Positions 17,863-32,497 of a DNA stretch of 48,571 bases are shown one piece after another. Source of the DNA: Deltaproteobacteria bacterium RIFCSPLOWO2_02_FULL_57_26 (GTDB lineage: Bacteria; Desulfobacterota; Binatia; UBA9968); contig MGSI01000019.1 in NCBI GenBank assembly GCA_001798455.1, positions 1 through 48,571 of the forward strand. Reading direction: 5' to 3'. The translations under genes and the position numbers were made by a program. The stretch's first letter is position 1. The number at the start of each line of letters is the position of its first letter. The notes under the pieces are model-generated. The model did not search any database. It saw only the letters and a program-made list of their open reading frames with translations, and was not told where the DNA came from.

Positions 17863-17877
17863 ACGGCACTCAAGATT

Positions 17878-19959
17878 CTATAACCCAACAGCCTTGGCGC
17901 TGATCTCCTCGGAGATGGGCGCCGGCACGGGCTCGTAATGCGAGAACTGCATGGTGTAGGTAGCCCTTCCCTGGGTCATCGACCGCAGGTCGGTGGCATA
18001 CCCGAACATCTCGGCCAGGGGTACACGCGCCTCGATGACCTGCGCAGCGGGCCGTGAATCCATGCCGAGGACCTTGCCGCGCCGCGAGCTGATGTCTCCG
18101 ATCACCTCGCCCATGAATTCCTCCGGCACCACCACTTCCACGGCCATGATCGGCTCCAGAAGTACGGGGCGCGCCTTGCCCACCGCCTCCTTATAAGCCA
18201 ACGAGCCGGCAATCTTGAAAGCGATCTCGGAGGAGTCGACCTCGTGGTAGCTTCCATCGAGCAGAGTTACCTTGACATCCACCATGGGATAGCCGGCCAA
18301 CGGGCCACTCTCCAGCGCCTCCTCGACCCCGTCTTCGACCGCCGGGATATACTCCCGCGGGATCGCGCCCCCCTTGACGGCGTCGACGAACTCAAAACCA
18401 GCGCCCGCTGGCTGCGGCTCCACCTTGAGATAGACATGACCGTATTGGCCGCGGCCTCCGGTTTGGCGGATGAACTTCCCCTCATGCTCCACCGCGCGGC
18501 GGATGGTCTCCTTATAGGCGACCTGAGGCTTACCAACGTTAGCCCCTACGTTGAATTCCCTCAAGAGGCGGTCCACGATTATTTCCAGGTGCAGCTCCCC
18601 CATCCCCGAGATGATCGTTTGACCCGTTTCCTCGTCGGTGCGCACCCGGAAAGAGGGATCTTCGACGGTCAGCTTTTGCAGGGAAAGCCCGAGTTTTTCC
18701 TGATCGGCCTTGCTCTTCGGCTCGATGGCGATCGAAATCACGGGCTCGGGAAACTCGATAGACTCGAGCAGCACTGGGTGGGTCTCCTCGCACAAGGTGT
18801 CTCCCGTCGAGGCGTTCCTCAACCCCACGGCTGCGGCGATGTCACCGGCATAGACCTCCTTGATCTCCTCCCGTTTGTTGGCGTGCATTTTCAGCAGCCG
18901 ACCGATGCGCTCCCTTTTCCCTTTGCTCGAGTTATAAATACTGGAGCCCGAGAACAGGGCCCCAGAGTAAACCCGGAAAAACGTGAGCGTTCCCACGAAA
19001 GGATCAGTCATGATCTTAAAGGCCAAGGCGGAAAAGGGGGCGTCATCTCGTGGCGCCCGCTCCTCGTCCTTCTGCGAAACCGGATGCTTGCCCTTAACCG
19101 GAGGAACATCGAGGGGCGAGGGAAGATAGTCGAGGACAGCATCCAGCAGAAGTTGGACCCCCTTGTTCCTGAAGGCGGCACCACACAATACCGGGACCAA
19201 TTTGAGATCGAGGCCGGCTTTACGAATGGCCCTGCGGAGCTCCTCCGCGGGAATCTCTCGCCCTTCCAGATACTGCTCCATGATCGACTCGTCGCAATCC
19301 GCCAGTTTCTCCAGTAGCTTCTCCCGGTGCTCCTGTGCCAAACCCCTCAGATCCTCGGGGATCGGCTCGATGCGGTACTTCGCCCCGGGGCTCTCCTCGT
19401 CCCACAAGACCGCCTCCATCTGCACGAGATCGACGATTCCTTTGAAGTGGTCCTCGGCTCCGATGGGGAGTTGGATGGGAAGCGGGTGAGCGCCCAGGCG
19501 ATCCTGAATCATCCGCACGACCCGGAAAAAATCGGCGCCGACACGATCCATCTTGTTGACGAACGCGATGCGGGGAACGCGGTACTTGTCCGCCTGGCGC
19601 CACACCGTCTCAGTCTGCGGCTCCACCCCGCCGACAGAGCAGAAGACCGCGATCGCCCCGTCAAGGACCCTCAGGGAACGTTCGACTTCGACCGTGAAGT
19701 CCACGTGCCCGGGCGTGTCGATGATGTTGATCCGGTGATCGCGCCAAAAGCAGGTCGTCGCCGCTGAGGTGATCGTGATACCCCGCTCCTGCTCCTGCAC
19801 CATCCAGTCCATGGTCGCGGTTCCCTCATCGACCTCGCCGATCTTGTAGGTAATGCCCGTGTAGTAGAGGATCCGCTCGGTCGTCGTGGTTTTGCCCGCA
19901 TCAATGTGGGCCATGATGCCAATGTTGCGGGTCTTATCTAACGTGACAATCCTTGCCAT
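17878..19959 (-). CDS. fusA: translation elongation factor G
   Basis: The ATG at 19959 (GAGGGAAA upstream) gives [31 protein letters not shown]... The longer ORF-track start (19995) lies in the loop of the upstream hairpin. Confidence 0.96.
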   Translation of the reverse strand: MARIVTLDKTRNIGIMAHIDAGKTTTTERILYYTGITYKIGEVDEGTATMDWMVQEQERGITITSAATTCFWRDHRINIIDTPGHVDFTVEVERSLRVLDGAIAVFCSVGGVEPQTETVWRQADKYRVPRIAFVNKMDRVGADFFRVVRMIQDRLGAHPLPIQLPIGAEDHFKGIVDLVQMEAVLWDEESPGAKYRIEPIPEDLRGLAQEHREKLLEKLADCDESIMEQYLEGREIPAEELRRAIRKAGLDLKLVPVLCGAAFRNKGVQLLLDAVLDYLPSPLDVPPVKGKHPVSQKDEERAPRDDAPFSALAFKIMTDPFVGTLTFFRVYSGALFSGSSIYNSSKGKRERIGRLLKMHANKREEIKEVYAGDIAAAVGLRNASTGDTLCEETHPVLLESIEFPEPVISIAIEPKSKADQEKLGLSLQKLTVEDPSFRVRTDEETGQTIISGMGELHLEIIVDRLLREFNVGANVGKPQVAYKETIRRAVEHEGKFIRQTGGRGQYGHVYLKVEPQPAGAGFEFVDAVKGGAIPREYIPAVEDGVEEALESGPLAGYPMVDVKVTLLDGSYHEVDSSEIAFKIAGSLAYKEAVGKARPVLLEPIMAVEVVVPEEFMGEVIGDISSRRGKVLGMDSRPAAQVIEARVPLAEMFGYATDLRSMTQGRATYTMQFSHYEPVPAPISEEISAKAVGL

Positions 19960-19976
19960 TTTCCCTCGTAACCGGG

Positions 19977-20005
19977 AAAAAAAGGAGGCGGTCATACCGC
20001 CTCCT
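19977..20005 (-). terminator. intrinsic-terminator-like hairpin plus U-tract between rpsG and fusA (possible attenuator)
   Basis: Minus-strand RNA reads AGGAGGCGG-UAUGA-CCGCCUCCU followed by UUUUUU. Perfect 9-bp GC-rich stem and 5-nt loop. Located 30 nt after the rpsG stop and 17 nt before the fusA ATG. Confidence 0.55.
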
Positions 20006-20034
20006 TCAATCAGCTGTGAACTCCTTGAGCCGAA

Positions 20035-20505
20035 CTACCAACGGTAGTGGGCAAAGGCCCGGTTGGCTTCGGCCATCCGATGCGTATCTTCCTTCTTCTT
20101 GATCGCGCCCCCCCGACTGTTAGCGGCATCGATCAGTTCTGCGGCCAGTTTCTCCTCCATTGATTTGCCCTCGCGCAGCCGCGCCGCCTGGACGAGCCAG
20201 CGCATGCCCAGCGACAGGCGTCGCTGCGGCCGGACCTCGATGGGAACCTGATAGGTTGCGCCTCCCACACGCCGGGACCGCACCTCCAGGACGGGCTTGG
20301 CGTTGTCCACGGCCCGCTTAAAGAGCCCCAGGGAATCTTCCTTGGTCCTCGCGGCCATGAGATCCAGGGAGCTGTATAGGGTCTTTTCGGCCACGCTCTT
20401 CTTGCCTCGTGTCATGATCGTGTTGATAAACTTAGTCACGAGCTTATCCCCGTATTTGGGATCCGGCAAAACCTCTCTCTTCTTTACTTCTCCTTTGCGT
20501 GGCAT
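20035..20505 (-). CDS. rpsG: 30S ribosomal protein S7 (uS7)
   Basis: 156 aa: [28 protein letters not shown]... Confidence 0.97.
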   Translation of the reverse strand: MPRKGEVKKREVLPDPKYGDKLVTKFINTIMTRGKKSVAEKTLYSSLDLMAARTKEDSLGLFKRAVDNAKPVLEVRSRRVGGATYQVPIEVRPQRRLSLGMRWLVQAARLREGKSMEEKLAAELIDAANSRGGAIKKKEDTHRMAEANRAFAHYRW

Positions 20506-20511
20506 ATCGCC

Positions 20512-20883
20512 CTACTTTGGTTTTTTAGCCCCGTACTTGGAGCGGCTCTGCCGTCGCTCCTGCACCCCGATCGAATCCAGGGTGCCGCGGATGATGTGAT
20601 AGCGGACCCCAGGCAGATCCTTCACGCGACCGCCGCGGATCAACACCACCGAGTGCTCCTGCAAGTTATGGCCCACGCCGGGAATGTAGGACGTCACCTC
20701 GATCCCGTTGGTCAGGCGGACTCGGGCTACCTTGCGCAGCGCCGAGTTGGGCTTTTTCGGCGTCGTCGTATACACGCGGGTACAAACCCCTCGCTTCTGA
20801 GGGCATCCCTCCAGCGCCGGAGCGGTAAACTTTCGCCGCTGCTTTTCCCGACTGTGGCGAACCAGCTGATTAATCGTCGGCAT
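20512..20883 (-). CDS. rpsL: 30S ribosomal protein S12 (uS12)
   Basis: 123 aa: [14 protein letters not shown]...[22 protein letters not shown]... Confidence 0.97.
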   Translation of the reverse strand: MPTINQLVRHSREKQRRKFTAPALEGCPQKRGVCTRVYTTTPKKPNSALRKVARVRLTNGIEVTSYIPGVGHNLQEHSVVLIRGGRVKDLPGVRYHIIRGTLDSIGVQERRQSRSKYGAKKPK

Positions 20884-20949
20884 ATAGTCTACCGGGTGCT
20901 TGAAAAAACGGATTTCCTCGTCACAAGTAAAATTCCTACAAAAGCTTGT

Positions 20950-20978
20950 AACTTAACAAACAAAACACACCTTGTCAA
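20950..20978 (-). promoter_or_regulatory. candidate sigma70-type promoter for rpsL-rpsG-fusA
   Basis: Minus strand reads TTGACA (20978-20973), 17-nt spacer, TAAGTT (20955-20950). It starts 5 nt after the rpoC stop. The -10 is weak (3/6). Confidence 0.4.
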
Positions 20979-20982
20979 AGCC

Positions 20983-25113
<4,131 letters not shown>

Positions 25114-25128
25114 CAGTTCCACCTCTAC

Positions 25129-25142
25129 AATTCAGAATTCAG
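25129..25142. repeat. exact 2 x AATTCAG heptamer in the rpoB-rpoC spacer
   Basis: AATTCAG AATTCAG, followed by weaker 7-nt register CCTGCGA TCCCGAC TCCTCGA CCGCGAC to ~25170. Confidence 0.7.
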
Positions 25143-25178
25143 CCTGCGATCCCGACTCCTCGACCGCGACTGCTCCGT

Positions 25179-28100
25179 TCAGCTTTTCTCCTCCAACAGT
25201 TCCACATCCAGCCCGAGGCTCTGTAACTCCTTGATCATCACGTTGAAAGATTCCGGCAACCCCGGCTCCAGCAGGTTTTCTCCCTTCACGATCGCCTCGT
25301 ACATACGCGTCCGCCCGATGACGTCGTCCGATTTCACCGTGAGCATCTCCTGGAGCGTAAAAGCCGCCCCGTAGGCCTCCAGCGCCCAGACCTCCATCTC
25401 CCCCAGGCGCTGCCCACCGAACTGGGCCTTGCCGCCGAGCGGCTGCTGCGTGACGAGCGAATAGGGTCCGGTGGAACGGGCGTGGATCTTATCGTCCACG
25501 AGGTGATGCAGCTTCATGATGTACATAACCCCGACGGTCACCTTCTCATCGAACGGCACTCCCGATCGGCCATCGTGAAGGGTCACCTGCCCCGTCACGG
25601 GAAGCCCGGCCTTTCTCAGCAGGTTGAAGGTCTCCTCCTGCGTCGCGCCGTCAAAGACCGGCGAAGCTAGATGCACCCCGCTGCGATACTTTTCGGCCAG
25701 CCTCAACAAGTCCGGGTCCTTGACGCCGTCGACGAACTCATTGATGTCACGCGAGGCCAGACACTCCTTGAGCCGGTGGCGAATGGCATCCATATCCGGC
25801 CGGCCGTTGTGAAGCTGCTCGCCGATCTGCTGGCCCAGACTGCGCGCCGCCCAGCCCAAATGGGCCTCGAGGATCTGTCCCACGTTCATCCGCGAGGGGA
25901 CTCCCAAAGGATTGAGCACGATGTCCACGGGGGTCCCATCCTCCAGATAGGGCATGTCCTCTTCCGGCAGAATACGGGAGATGACGCCCTTGTTTCCGTG
26001 CCTCCCCGCCATCTTGTCGCCGACCTGGAGTTTACGCTTGATCGCGACAAAGACCTTCACCATCTTGATCACTCCAGGCGGCAATTCGTCTCCGCTCTTG
26101 AGCTTGTTCATCTTGTCCTGGAAGACCAGCTTGATCAGATCGATCTGCTCCGTGGTGCTCTCCACGATCCGCTTGAGCTCCGCGTCCACGGCTTCATTAT
26201 CGACCCGGATCTCTCCCCAATAGGCCATGGGGATCTGCTCGAGATCCTCTTCGGTGATCTCCTTGCCCTTGTTGAGAAGCACCTTGCGGTTGTCATCGCT
26301 CACCCGTGCGGCCGCGCGCCGGCCCACGAAGAGTTTTTTCAGCCGCTTGAGGGTTCCCTCCTGGATGATGCGGACCTCCTCTTGCTGATCCTTCTTGAGG
26401 CGCGCGATCTCCTCGTCCTCGATGACCCGACTCCTCTCGTCCTTGGTCAGTCCCTTGCGCGAGAAGATCCGCACATTGATGACGGTCCCCTCGACTCCCG
26501 GAGGCACCCTGAGCGAGGTGTCCCGAACCTCCCCTGCCTTCTCTCCGAAAATAGCTCTGAGAAGCTTTTCTTCGGGAGAGAGCTGGGTTTCTCCCTTCGG
26601 GGTGATCTTGCCCACCAGGATATCTCCGGGCTTGACCTCCGCCCCGATGCGGATGATGCCGCTCTCATCCAGTTCCGCCAACGCCTCGTCGCCGACGTTG
26701 GGAATATCCCGAGTGATCTCCTCTGGACCGAGCTTGGTGTCGCGCGAGACGCACTCGAACTCCTCTATGTGGATGGAGGTGTAGATATCCTCCTTGACCA
26801 CACGCTCGCTGATCAGAATTGAATCTTCGAAGTTGTATCCGCCCCAGGGCATGAAGGCGACCAAGACATTACGACCCAGCGCCAGCTCGCCCATCTCCGT
26901 TGAGGGCCCATCGGCGATGACGTCTCCGGCCTTGACGTGATCCCCCACGACCACGATCGGCCTCTGGTTGATGCAGGTATTCTGATTAGAGCGCTGGTAT
27001 TTGACCAGGTTGTAGATATCCACCCCTGTATCCCGGGATCCGGAGGGGCGATCGGCCTTGACCACAATGCGCGTCGAGTCCTCGCTCTCCACCACCCCAT
27101 CCCGCACCGCCACGACCGTTACGCCAGAATCCCGCGCCACCACCTTCTCCATCCCGGTGCCGACCAAAGGCGCCTCGGTGCGCAGCAGGGGAACAGCCTG
27201 GCGCTGCATGTTCGAACCCATGAGCGCGCGGTTGGCATCATCGTTTTCCAGAAAGGGGATGAGCGAGGCCGCCACGCTCACCAGCTGGTTGGGCGAGACG
27301 TCCATGAAGTCGACCTCGTCCGGCCGGCCCATGATGAATTCTCCCCCCTTACGGGCCGAGACGAGATCGACCGTAAAGTAGCCCCGGCTGTCGAGCGGCG
27401 CGTTGGCTTGAGCGATGACATGATCCTCCTCCTCCAAGGCAGAGAGATAACGGATCCGATCTGTCACCCGCCCGCTTTCGACTTCGCGATAGGGGGTCTC
27501 GATAAAACCGAACTCGTTCACTCTGGCGTAAGTGGTCAGAGAGGCGATCAACCCAATGTTGGGGCCTTCCGGGGTCTCGATCGGGCACACTCTGCCGTAG
27601 TGGGTCGGATGGACGTCGCGCACCTCAAAGCCAGCGCGCTCGCGCGTGAGGCCGCCGGGACCGAGCGCCGATAGCCGGCGCTTGTGGGTAATCTCGGAAA
27701 GCGGGTTGGTCTGATCCATGAACTGGGAGAGCTGGCTGGAGCCGAAAAACTCCTTCAGAGCCGCCGAGACCGGCTTGTAGTTGATCAGTTCCTGCGGCAT
27801 CAGGGTCTCGATGTCCTGTAGGCTCATCTTTTCCTTGATGGCTCGCTCCATCCTGACGAGCCCGACGCGAAAATGATTCTCGACGAGCTCCCCGACGGGT
27901 CGGACCCGCCGATTACCGAGATGGTCAATGTCATCCACCGAACCAATGCCGTTTCTGAGCTCCATCAGGTAACGGACCACCTCTAAAATATCTTCCTTGC
28001 GCAGCGTCCCCTGCTCCAGGGGCATATTGACTTTAAGCCGGTGATTCAATTTCAGCCGTCCCACCTTGGAGAGATCATAGCGGTCGGCGTTGAAAAAGAG

Positions 28101-29285
28101 GTTGTTGAAAAAGGTGGTGGCGGACTCCAACGTGGGGGGATCGCCCGGCCTGAGCCTGCGGTAGATCTCCACAAGGGCCTCCTGGGGCGAGCGAATTCTG
28201 TCCTGGAGTAAGGTGTTGCGCAGGAACGGGCCCACGCGGGACTCCTCAATGAAGAGCAACTGGATTTCTGTGATGCCCTTTTCCCGGATCAGGTCCAGAC
28301 GCTCTTGCGTGATCTCCTGGTTGCACTCCACCAGGACCTGACTGCTCCTCGGGTCCACGATATCGCGGGCGGAGACGCGGCCGAGCAGGTCCTCCCAGGC
28401 GATCGGCACGTGCTTGATCCGGGCCTGCTCCATCTGGCGGATGAGCGGCCGGGTCAGCTTTTTTCCCTCCTTGACGATGAGCTCGTCGCTCTTGGGATCG
28501 CGCACGTCGGAGCCGGCCTTGATTCCAATCAGTTGTTCGGGGTTGAAACCCAGCATGGGCTTGCGCCCGTCGAACACGATCGTATCGGTCTTGTAGTAGT
28601 AGTTGAGCAGATCCTCCGTGGTCATCCCGAGAGCCCTCAGCAATGCGGTGGCATGGAACTTGCGCCGTCGATCGATGCGCACGTAGAGGATATCTCGGGG
28701 ATCGAACTCAAAATCGAGCCAGGAGCCCCGGTAGGGGATGACGCGGGCGGAGTAAAGCAGCTTGCCGCTCGCGTGGGTCTTGCCTTTGTCGTGCTCGAAG
28801 AAAGCGCCGGGCGAGCGGTGGAGCTGGCTCACGATGACGCGTTCCGTCCCGTTGATCATAAAGGTCCCATTTTTTGTCATCAAGGGGACCTCCCCGAAAT
28901 AGACCTCCTGCTCCTTGACGTTTTTGATGCTGCGGCTGCCGCTCTGGGGATCGACGTCCCAGAGGATGAGCTGCACGGTGACCTTCAGGGGGGCGGCAAA
29001 GGTCATGCCCCGCTGATGACACTCCTCCACGTCGTATTTCGGCTCTCCGAGCTTGTAGCTCACAAACTCCAGAGAGGCCGTTTCGTTGAAATCTTTGATG
29101 GGGAAAACAGACCGAAAGACGCCATGGAGCCCCCCGTTCTGGCGCTGGTCGGCGGGGACATCTTTCTGCAAAAAGAGGTCGTAAGAGTTTTTCTGGATCT
29201 CGATCAGATAGGGAAGATCAATGATCTTTTTGATTCGGCCGAAATTACGGCGGAATCTCAGATTGTTAGCCACTTGGAATGCCAT
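25179..29285 (-). CDS. rpoB: DNA-directed RNA polymerase beta subunit
   Basis: The ATG at 29285 has GGAAGAGGAGATAAC upstream and gives [35 protein letters not shown]... ~1368 aa. Confidence 0.97.
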   Translation of the reverse strand: MAFQVANNLRFRRNFGRIKKIIDLPYLIEIQKNSYDLFLQKDVPADQRQNGGLHGVFRSVFPIKDFNETASLEFVSYKLGEPKYDVEECHQRGMTFAAPLKVTVQLILWDVDPQSGSRSIKNVKEQEVYFGEVPLMTKNGTFMINGTERVIVSQLHRSPGAFFEHDKGKTHASGKLLYSARVIPYRGSWLDFEFDPRDILYVRIDRRRKFHATALLRALGMTTEDLLNYYYKTDTIVFDGRKPMLGFNPEQLIGIKAGSDVRDPKSDELIVKEGKKLTRPLIRQMEQARIKHVPIAWEDLLGRVSARDIVDPRSSQVLVECNQEITQERLDLIREKGITEIQLLFIEESRVGPFLRNTLLQDRIRSPQEALVEIYRRLRPGDPPTLESATTFFNNLFFNADRYDLSKVGRLKLNHRLKVNMPLEQGTLRKEDILEVVRYLMELRNGIGSVDDIDHLGNRRVRPVGELVENHFRVGLVRMERAIKEKMSLQDIETLMPQELINYKPVSAALKEFFGSSQLSQFMDQTNPLSEITHKRRLSALGPGGLTRERAGFEVRDVHPTHYGRVCPIETPEGPNIGLIASLTTYARVNEFGFIETPYREVESGRVTDRIRYLSALEEEDHVIAQANAPLDSRGYFTVDLVSARKGGEFIMGRPDEVDFMDVSPNQLVSVAASLIPFLENDDANRALMGSNMQRQAVPLLRTEAPLVGTGMEKVVARDSGVTVVAVRDGVVESEDSTRIVVKADRPSGSRDTGVDIYNLVKYQRSNQNTCINQRPIVVVGDHVKAGDVIADGPSTEMGELALGRNVLVAFMPWGGYNFEDSILISERVVKEDIYTSIHIEEFECVSRDTKLGPEEITRDIPNVGDEALAELDESGIIRIGAEVKPGDILVGKITPKGETQLSPEEKLLRAIFGEKAGEVRDTSLRVPPGVEGTVINVRIFSRKGLTKDERSRVIEDEEIARLKKDQQEEVRIIQEGTLKRLKKLFVGRRAAARVSDDNRKVLLNKGKEITEEDLEQIPMAYWGEIRVDNEAVDAELKRIVESTTEQIDLIKLVFQDKMNKLKSGDELPPGVIKMVKVFVAIKRKLQVGDKMAGRHGNKGVISRILPEEDMPYLEDGTPVDIVLNPLGVPSRMNVGQILEAHLGWAARSLGQQIGEQLHNGRPDMDAIRHRLKECLASRDINEFVDGVKDPDLLRLAEKYRSGVHLASPVFDGATQEETFNLLRKAGLPVTGQVTLHDGRSGVPFDEKVTVGVMYIMKLHHLVDDKIHARSTGPYSLVTQQPLGGKAQFGGQRLGEMEVWALEAYGAAFTLQEMLTVKSDDVIGRTRMYEAIVKGENLLEPGLPESFNVMIKELQSLGLDVELLEEKS

Positions 29286-29299
29286 GTTATCTCCTCTTC

Positions 29300-29364
29300 C
29301 CGTTGCGTTGATCGCCTCCACGGCGTCGCTTTAAGCGCCGTCAGAGACTCATTGGCCGCAACGG
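29300..29364 (-). other. nested stem structure in the rplL-rpoB intergenic region (candidate processing or attenuation element)
   Basis: Outer 8-bp pairing CCGTTGCG (29300-29307) with CGCAACGG (29357-29364). Inner 6-bp pairing ACGGCG (29320-29325) with CGCCGT (29336-29341). Confidence 0.3.
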
Positions 29365-29376
29365 TTCATGACCCGT

Positions 29377-29754
29377 TTACTTGATCTCGACCTTGCCTCC
29401 GACCTCCTCGATTTTTTTCTTGATCGTCTCCGCCTCAGCCTTAGAAACACCTTCTTTGAGCGGCTTCGGGGCCCCATCGACCAGATCCTTCGCCTCTTTC
29501 AAGCCCAGACCGGTGAGCTCTCGAACCACCTTGATGACCTGAATTTTCTTCTCTCCGACCTCGGCGAGGACCACGTTGAATTCGGTCTTCTCCTCCTGAG
29601 CGGCGGCTGGCCCGGCTTGCGCGGCGGCGATGGCCACCGGCGCTGCAGCACTCACCCCTAGCTCCTCCTCCAACTCCTTAACCAGCGCGGCCGCGTCCAT
29701 CAGGGTCATGTTCTTGATATAGTCCTTGACCTGTTCTCGTGTCGTTTCTGCCAT
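29377..29754 (-). CDS. rplL: 50S ribosomal protein L7/L12 (bL12)
   Basis: 125 aa with Ala-rich hinge and C-terminal ...[52 protein letters not shown]. Confidence 0.97.
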   Translation of the reverse strand: MAETTREQVKDYIKNMTLMDAAALVKELEEELGVSAAAPVAIAAAQAGPAAAQEEKTEFNVVLAEVGEKKIQVIKVVRELTGLGLKEAKDLVDGAPKPLKEGVSKAEAETIKKKIEEVGGKVEIK

Positions 29755-29797
29755 GGATTATCCCCTTTCTTTGAATTTCCCAACTACAATTGCCAAA

Positions 29798-30343
29798 TTA
29801 AGCTTCCGACTTCCCTTTACGCAGAGTCTCCAGCAGCCTGACTACCCTCGCCCCAGGTTCCTGGATGAGCCGAAGCAGTTGCACTGCGGGGGCTTGCAGG
29901 AGAGCAAGCAGCTTCGCCTGCAGCCCCGCACGGCTGAGCATCTGGGCAAGGACCTTGACCTTGGCCTGGTCCATGTACTCTCCGTCCAGCACGCCTCCCT
30001 TAATCGCAAGCTTGTCGTTTTCATTAATAAATTTGACCAGCGCTTTCGAGAGCGTCACGGGATCTTCGTAGGCGAAGACCCACCCATTGGGCCCCTCCAG
30101 TAGAGAATCCAGCGAGCCATAGGCGGTGTCCTTTAGCGCGCGGCGCGCCAAGGTATTCTTGATCACCTGGTATTCTCCCGCGGCCTCACGGATCTGCCGG
30201 CGCAGACGCGTCATCTGCGCAACCGTCAGGCCCCGGTAATCCGTCACGATCGCCATCTTGGCGGCCCTTAGCTTCTCCTGGACCTCAGCAATTCTCTTGG
30301 TCTTCTCTTCGCGAATCAAACTCGCCGTCGCTAACTCTGCCAT
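29798..30343 (-). CDS. rplJ: 50S ribosomal protein L10 (uL10)
   Basis: The ATG at 30343 has GGAGAG 5 nt upstream. The ORF-track GTG at 30355 is 4 codons longer. Position is rplA-rplJ-rplL. Confidence 0.93.
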   Translation of the reverse strand: MAELATASLIREEKTKRIAEVQEKLRAAKMAIVTDYRGLTVAQMTRLRRQIREAAGEYQVIKNTLARRALKDTAYGSLDSLLEGPNGWVFAYEDPVTLSKALVKFINENDKLAIKGGVLDGEYMDQAKVKVLAQMLSRAGLQAKLLALLQAPAVQLLRLIQEPGARVVRLLETLRKGKSEA

Positions 30344-30400
30344 TGCGCTCTCCACTCAGATCGGTCAATCCACTCCTGCCGCGGACTCCTGGCGCCTTCT

Positions 30401-31105
30401 TTACGCCGCCATCGTGCGGACCTGGGCCAAATCGATCTTGACGCCCGGCCCCATCGTGGTGCAGAGCGTCACTCCCTCAACGTAATTGCCCTTGGCCGAG
30501 GCGGGCTTCGCCCGCAGGATCGCGCTCAAGACCACCTTGGCATTGTCCGCGAGTTTTTCCGCCCCGAAGGCGATCCTTCCGATCGCCACGTGGACAATCC
30601 CTGCCTTATCGACCCTGAACTCAAGCTTTCCCGCCTTAATCTCTTTTACCGCCTTACCGATATCCATCGTGACCGTGCCGGTCTTAGGGTTGGGCATCAA
30701 TCCCCGTGGGCCCAGGATCTTACCGATCCTGCCGACCGCGCCCATCATGTCCGGGGTGGCGACCGTCTTGTCGAATTCGAGCCAGCCCTCGCTGATTTTT
30801 TTGATCAGCTCCTCGGCTCCGATGTAGTCCGCGCCGGCCTCCTGCGCCTCTCGCTCCTTTTCCCCTTTGGCGAAGGCCAAAACCCGCACCGGCTTGCCCT
30901 TCCCATGGGGGAGGACGACGGTCCCGCGCACGTTCTGATCCGCCTGCCTGGGGTCGACACCCAATCGGATCGCCATCTCCACGGTCTCATCGAACTTCGC
31001 CCGCGCGGTCTCGTGCACCAGGCGAATCCCCTCTTCCAGCGTATACCTGTGGTTGCGATCGATCTTGGCCAAAGCCGCACGATAAGACTTGCCTTTGCCG
31101 CTCAT
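30401..31105 (-). CDS. rplA: 50S ribosomal protein L1 (uL1)
   Basis: 234 aa: ...[34 protein letters not shown]... Confidence 0.96.
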   Translation of the reverse strand: MSGKGKSYRAALAKIDRNHRYTLEEGIRLVHETARAKFDETVEMAIRLGVDPRQADQNVRGTVVLPHGKGKPVRVLAFAKGEKEREAQEAGADYIGAEELIKKISEGWLEFDKTVATPDMMGAVGRIGKILGPRGLMPNPKTGTVTMDIGKAVKEIKAGKLEFRVDKAGIVHVAIGRIAFGAEKLADNAKVVLSAILRAKPASAKGNYVEGVTLCTTMGPGVKIDLAQVRTMAA

Positions 31106-31116
31106 AGGTCCCTCAC

Positions 31117-31542
31117 CTAATCTTCGATTTCCAAGCCGAGGCTGCGTGCGGTTCCCGCCACTGTCTTTTCCGCCGCAGTCAAATCACTTGCGGTTAAATC
31201 CCTCATTTTGAGCTGGGCAATCTCGCGCACCTGGGCTCGGGTTACCTTCCCCACCTTGACTTTGCTGGGCTCAGCCGATCCCTTCTCAATCCCGGCAGCC
31301 TTTTTAAGCAGAACGGAGGCAGGAGGAGTCTTGGTCACAAAGGTGAAGGAACGATCCGCGTAGACCGTCACGATCACCGGAATAATCATCCCTTGCTGCG
31401 ATTGGGTTGCCGCATTAAAGGCTTTGCAGAACTCCATGATGTTGACCCCACGCTGCCCCAGGGCGGGACCTACCGGAGGGCTCGGATTCGCTTGGCCCGC
31501 CGGAATCTGAAGCTTGACCTCACCGATAACCTTCTTAGCCAT
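31117..31542 (-). CDS. rplK: 50S ribosomal protein L11 (uL11)
   Basis: 141 aa: [43 protein letters not shown]... Confidence 0.97.
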   Translation of the reverse strand: MAKKVIGEVKLQIPAGQANPSPPVGPALGQRGVNIMEFCKAFNAATQSQQGMIIPVIVTVYADRSFTFVTKTPPASVLLKKAAGIEKGSAEPSKVKVGKVTRAQVREIAQLKMRDLTASDLTAAEKTVAGTARSLGLEIED

Positions 31543-31552
31543 AAATTACACT

Positions 31553-31605
31553 GTTTAAGTCGTTTAAGAGGTTCAAATCGTTGAACGGATTGAATGGTTT
31601 GAACT
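31553..31605. repeat. ~9-nt phased repeat array in the nusG-rplK spacer
   Basis: GTTTAAGTC GTTTAAGAG GTTCAAATC GTTGAACG GATTGAATG GTTTGAACT, read directly. Confidence 0.75.
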
Positions 31606-31613
31606 TTAGTTTA

Positions 31614-32147
31614 TTAGTTCCTTTCTACCTGAACAAAATCCAGTTCCACAGGGGTGGCACGGCCAAAGATGCTGATCAACACCCTGAGTTTCCCCTTCTC
31701 AGGCCGCACCTCCTCGACAACCCCATTAAAATCAACAAAAGGCCCATCCACAACCTTCACGCTCTCCCCCGCGGAGAAAAGCATCCGGGGCTTGGGCTTG
31801 ATCGCCCCCTCTTCGATCTGCTGCGTGATGGTCTTGATTTCCTCCTCGCTCACCGAAGGCGGTTGGGTGGTTCCGCCGACAAACCCGGTAACCTTCGGAG
31901 TGCCCTTGACGATGTGCCAGGTCTCGTCATCGAGCTCCATCTGCACCAGAATGTAACCCGGGAAGAACTTCCTCGAGGAGGTCTTCTTCTTCCCCTTGAC
32001 CAACTCCACCACCTTTTCCATCGGGACCAAGATTTCGCCGAACAACTCTTGTTTGCCCAGGGTCTTGATCCGCTCCTCCAAGGCCGTCTTCACCTTGTGT
32101 TCATAACCCGAAAACGTATGCACTACGTACCAATTCTTCTTCGCCAT
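31614..32147 (-). CDS. nusG: transcription termination/antitermination factor NusG
   Basis: The ATG at 32147 gives MAKKNWYVVHTFSGYEHKVKTAL... The ORF-track extension to 32294 overlaps secE and has no NusG-like sequence. Confidence 0.95.
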   Translation of the reverse strand: MAKKNWYVVHTFSGYEHKVKTALEERIKTLGKQELFGEILVPMEKVVELVKGKKKTSSRKFFPGYILVQMELDDETWHIVKGTPKVTGFVGGTTQPPSVSEEEIKTITQQIEEGAIKPKPRMLFSAGESVKVVDGPFVDFNGVVEEVRPEKGKLRVLISIFGRATPVELDFVQVERN

Positions 32148-32167
32148 ACTGGAGAACCTGAATGAGG

Positions 32168-32383
32168 CTAACGAATGATGGCCTGAATCGCGCGCGTCAG
32201 GCCGAAATCTACCAGCGCCAAGAACAGACCGATGATCAGAACCACGATGATGACGACCGAAGTCGCCGCATAGGTCTCCTTTCGAGAGGGCCAATGAACC
32301 TTTTTCAGCTCCTGCCAGGCCTCTTTAAAGAACTCGATCGCGTGCTGAAGGGTTGCCCGAACCTTCTTTAACCATTCTCCCAT
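32168..32383 (-). CDS. secE: preprotein translocase subunit SecE
   Basis: 71 aa with a single C-terminal TM helix: ...ELKKVHWPSRKETYAATSVVIIVVLIIGLFLALVDF... Position is tRNA-Trp-secE-nusG. Confidence 0.9.
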   Translation of the reverse strand: MGEWLKKVRATLQHAIEFFKEAWQELKKVHWPSRKETYAATSVVIIVVLIIGLFLALVDFGLTRAIQAIIR

Positions 32384-32405
32384 GAGGATGCCGAACGCAG
32401 TGCGG

Positions 32406-32483
32406 TGGCGGGTCAGGCAGGATTCGAACCTGCAACCACCGGATTTGGAGTCCGGTGCTCTATCCAGTTGGAGCTACTGACCC
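32406..32483 (-). tRNA. tRNA-Trp (anticodon CCA), CCA encoded
   Basis: Folded by hand: GGGTCAG/CTGACCC acceptor, anticodon loop CTCCAAA, T-arm GCAGG-TTCGAAT-CCTGC. Confidence 0.92.
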
Positions 32484-32497
32484 CAAGATCTCCTTTT

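Noticed and set aside
18244-19317. 357-aa plus-strand ORF antisense to fusA
   Set aside because: Shadow ORF inside the conserved EF-G frame, with no recognisable motifs.
32148-32294. N-terminal 49-codon extension of the nusG ORF
   Set aside because: It overlaps secE and has no NusG-like sequence. The internal ATG at 32147 gives the canonical MAKKNWYVVHT start.
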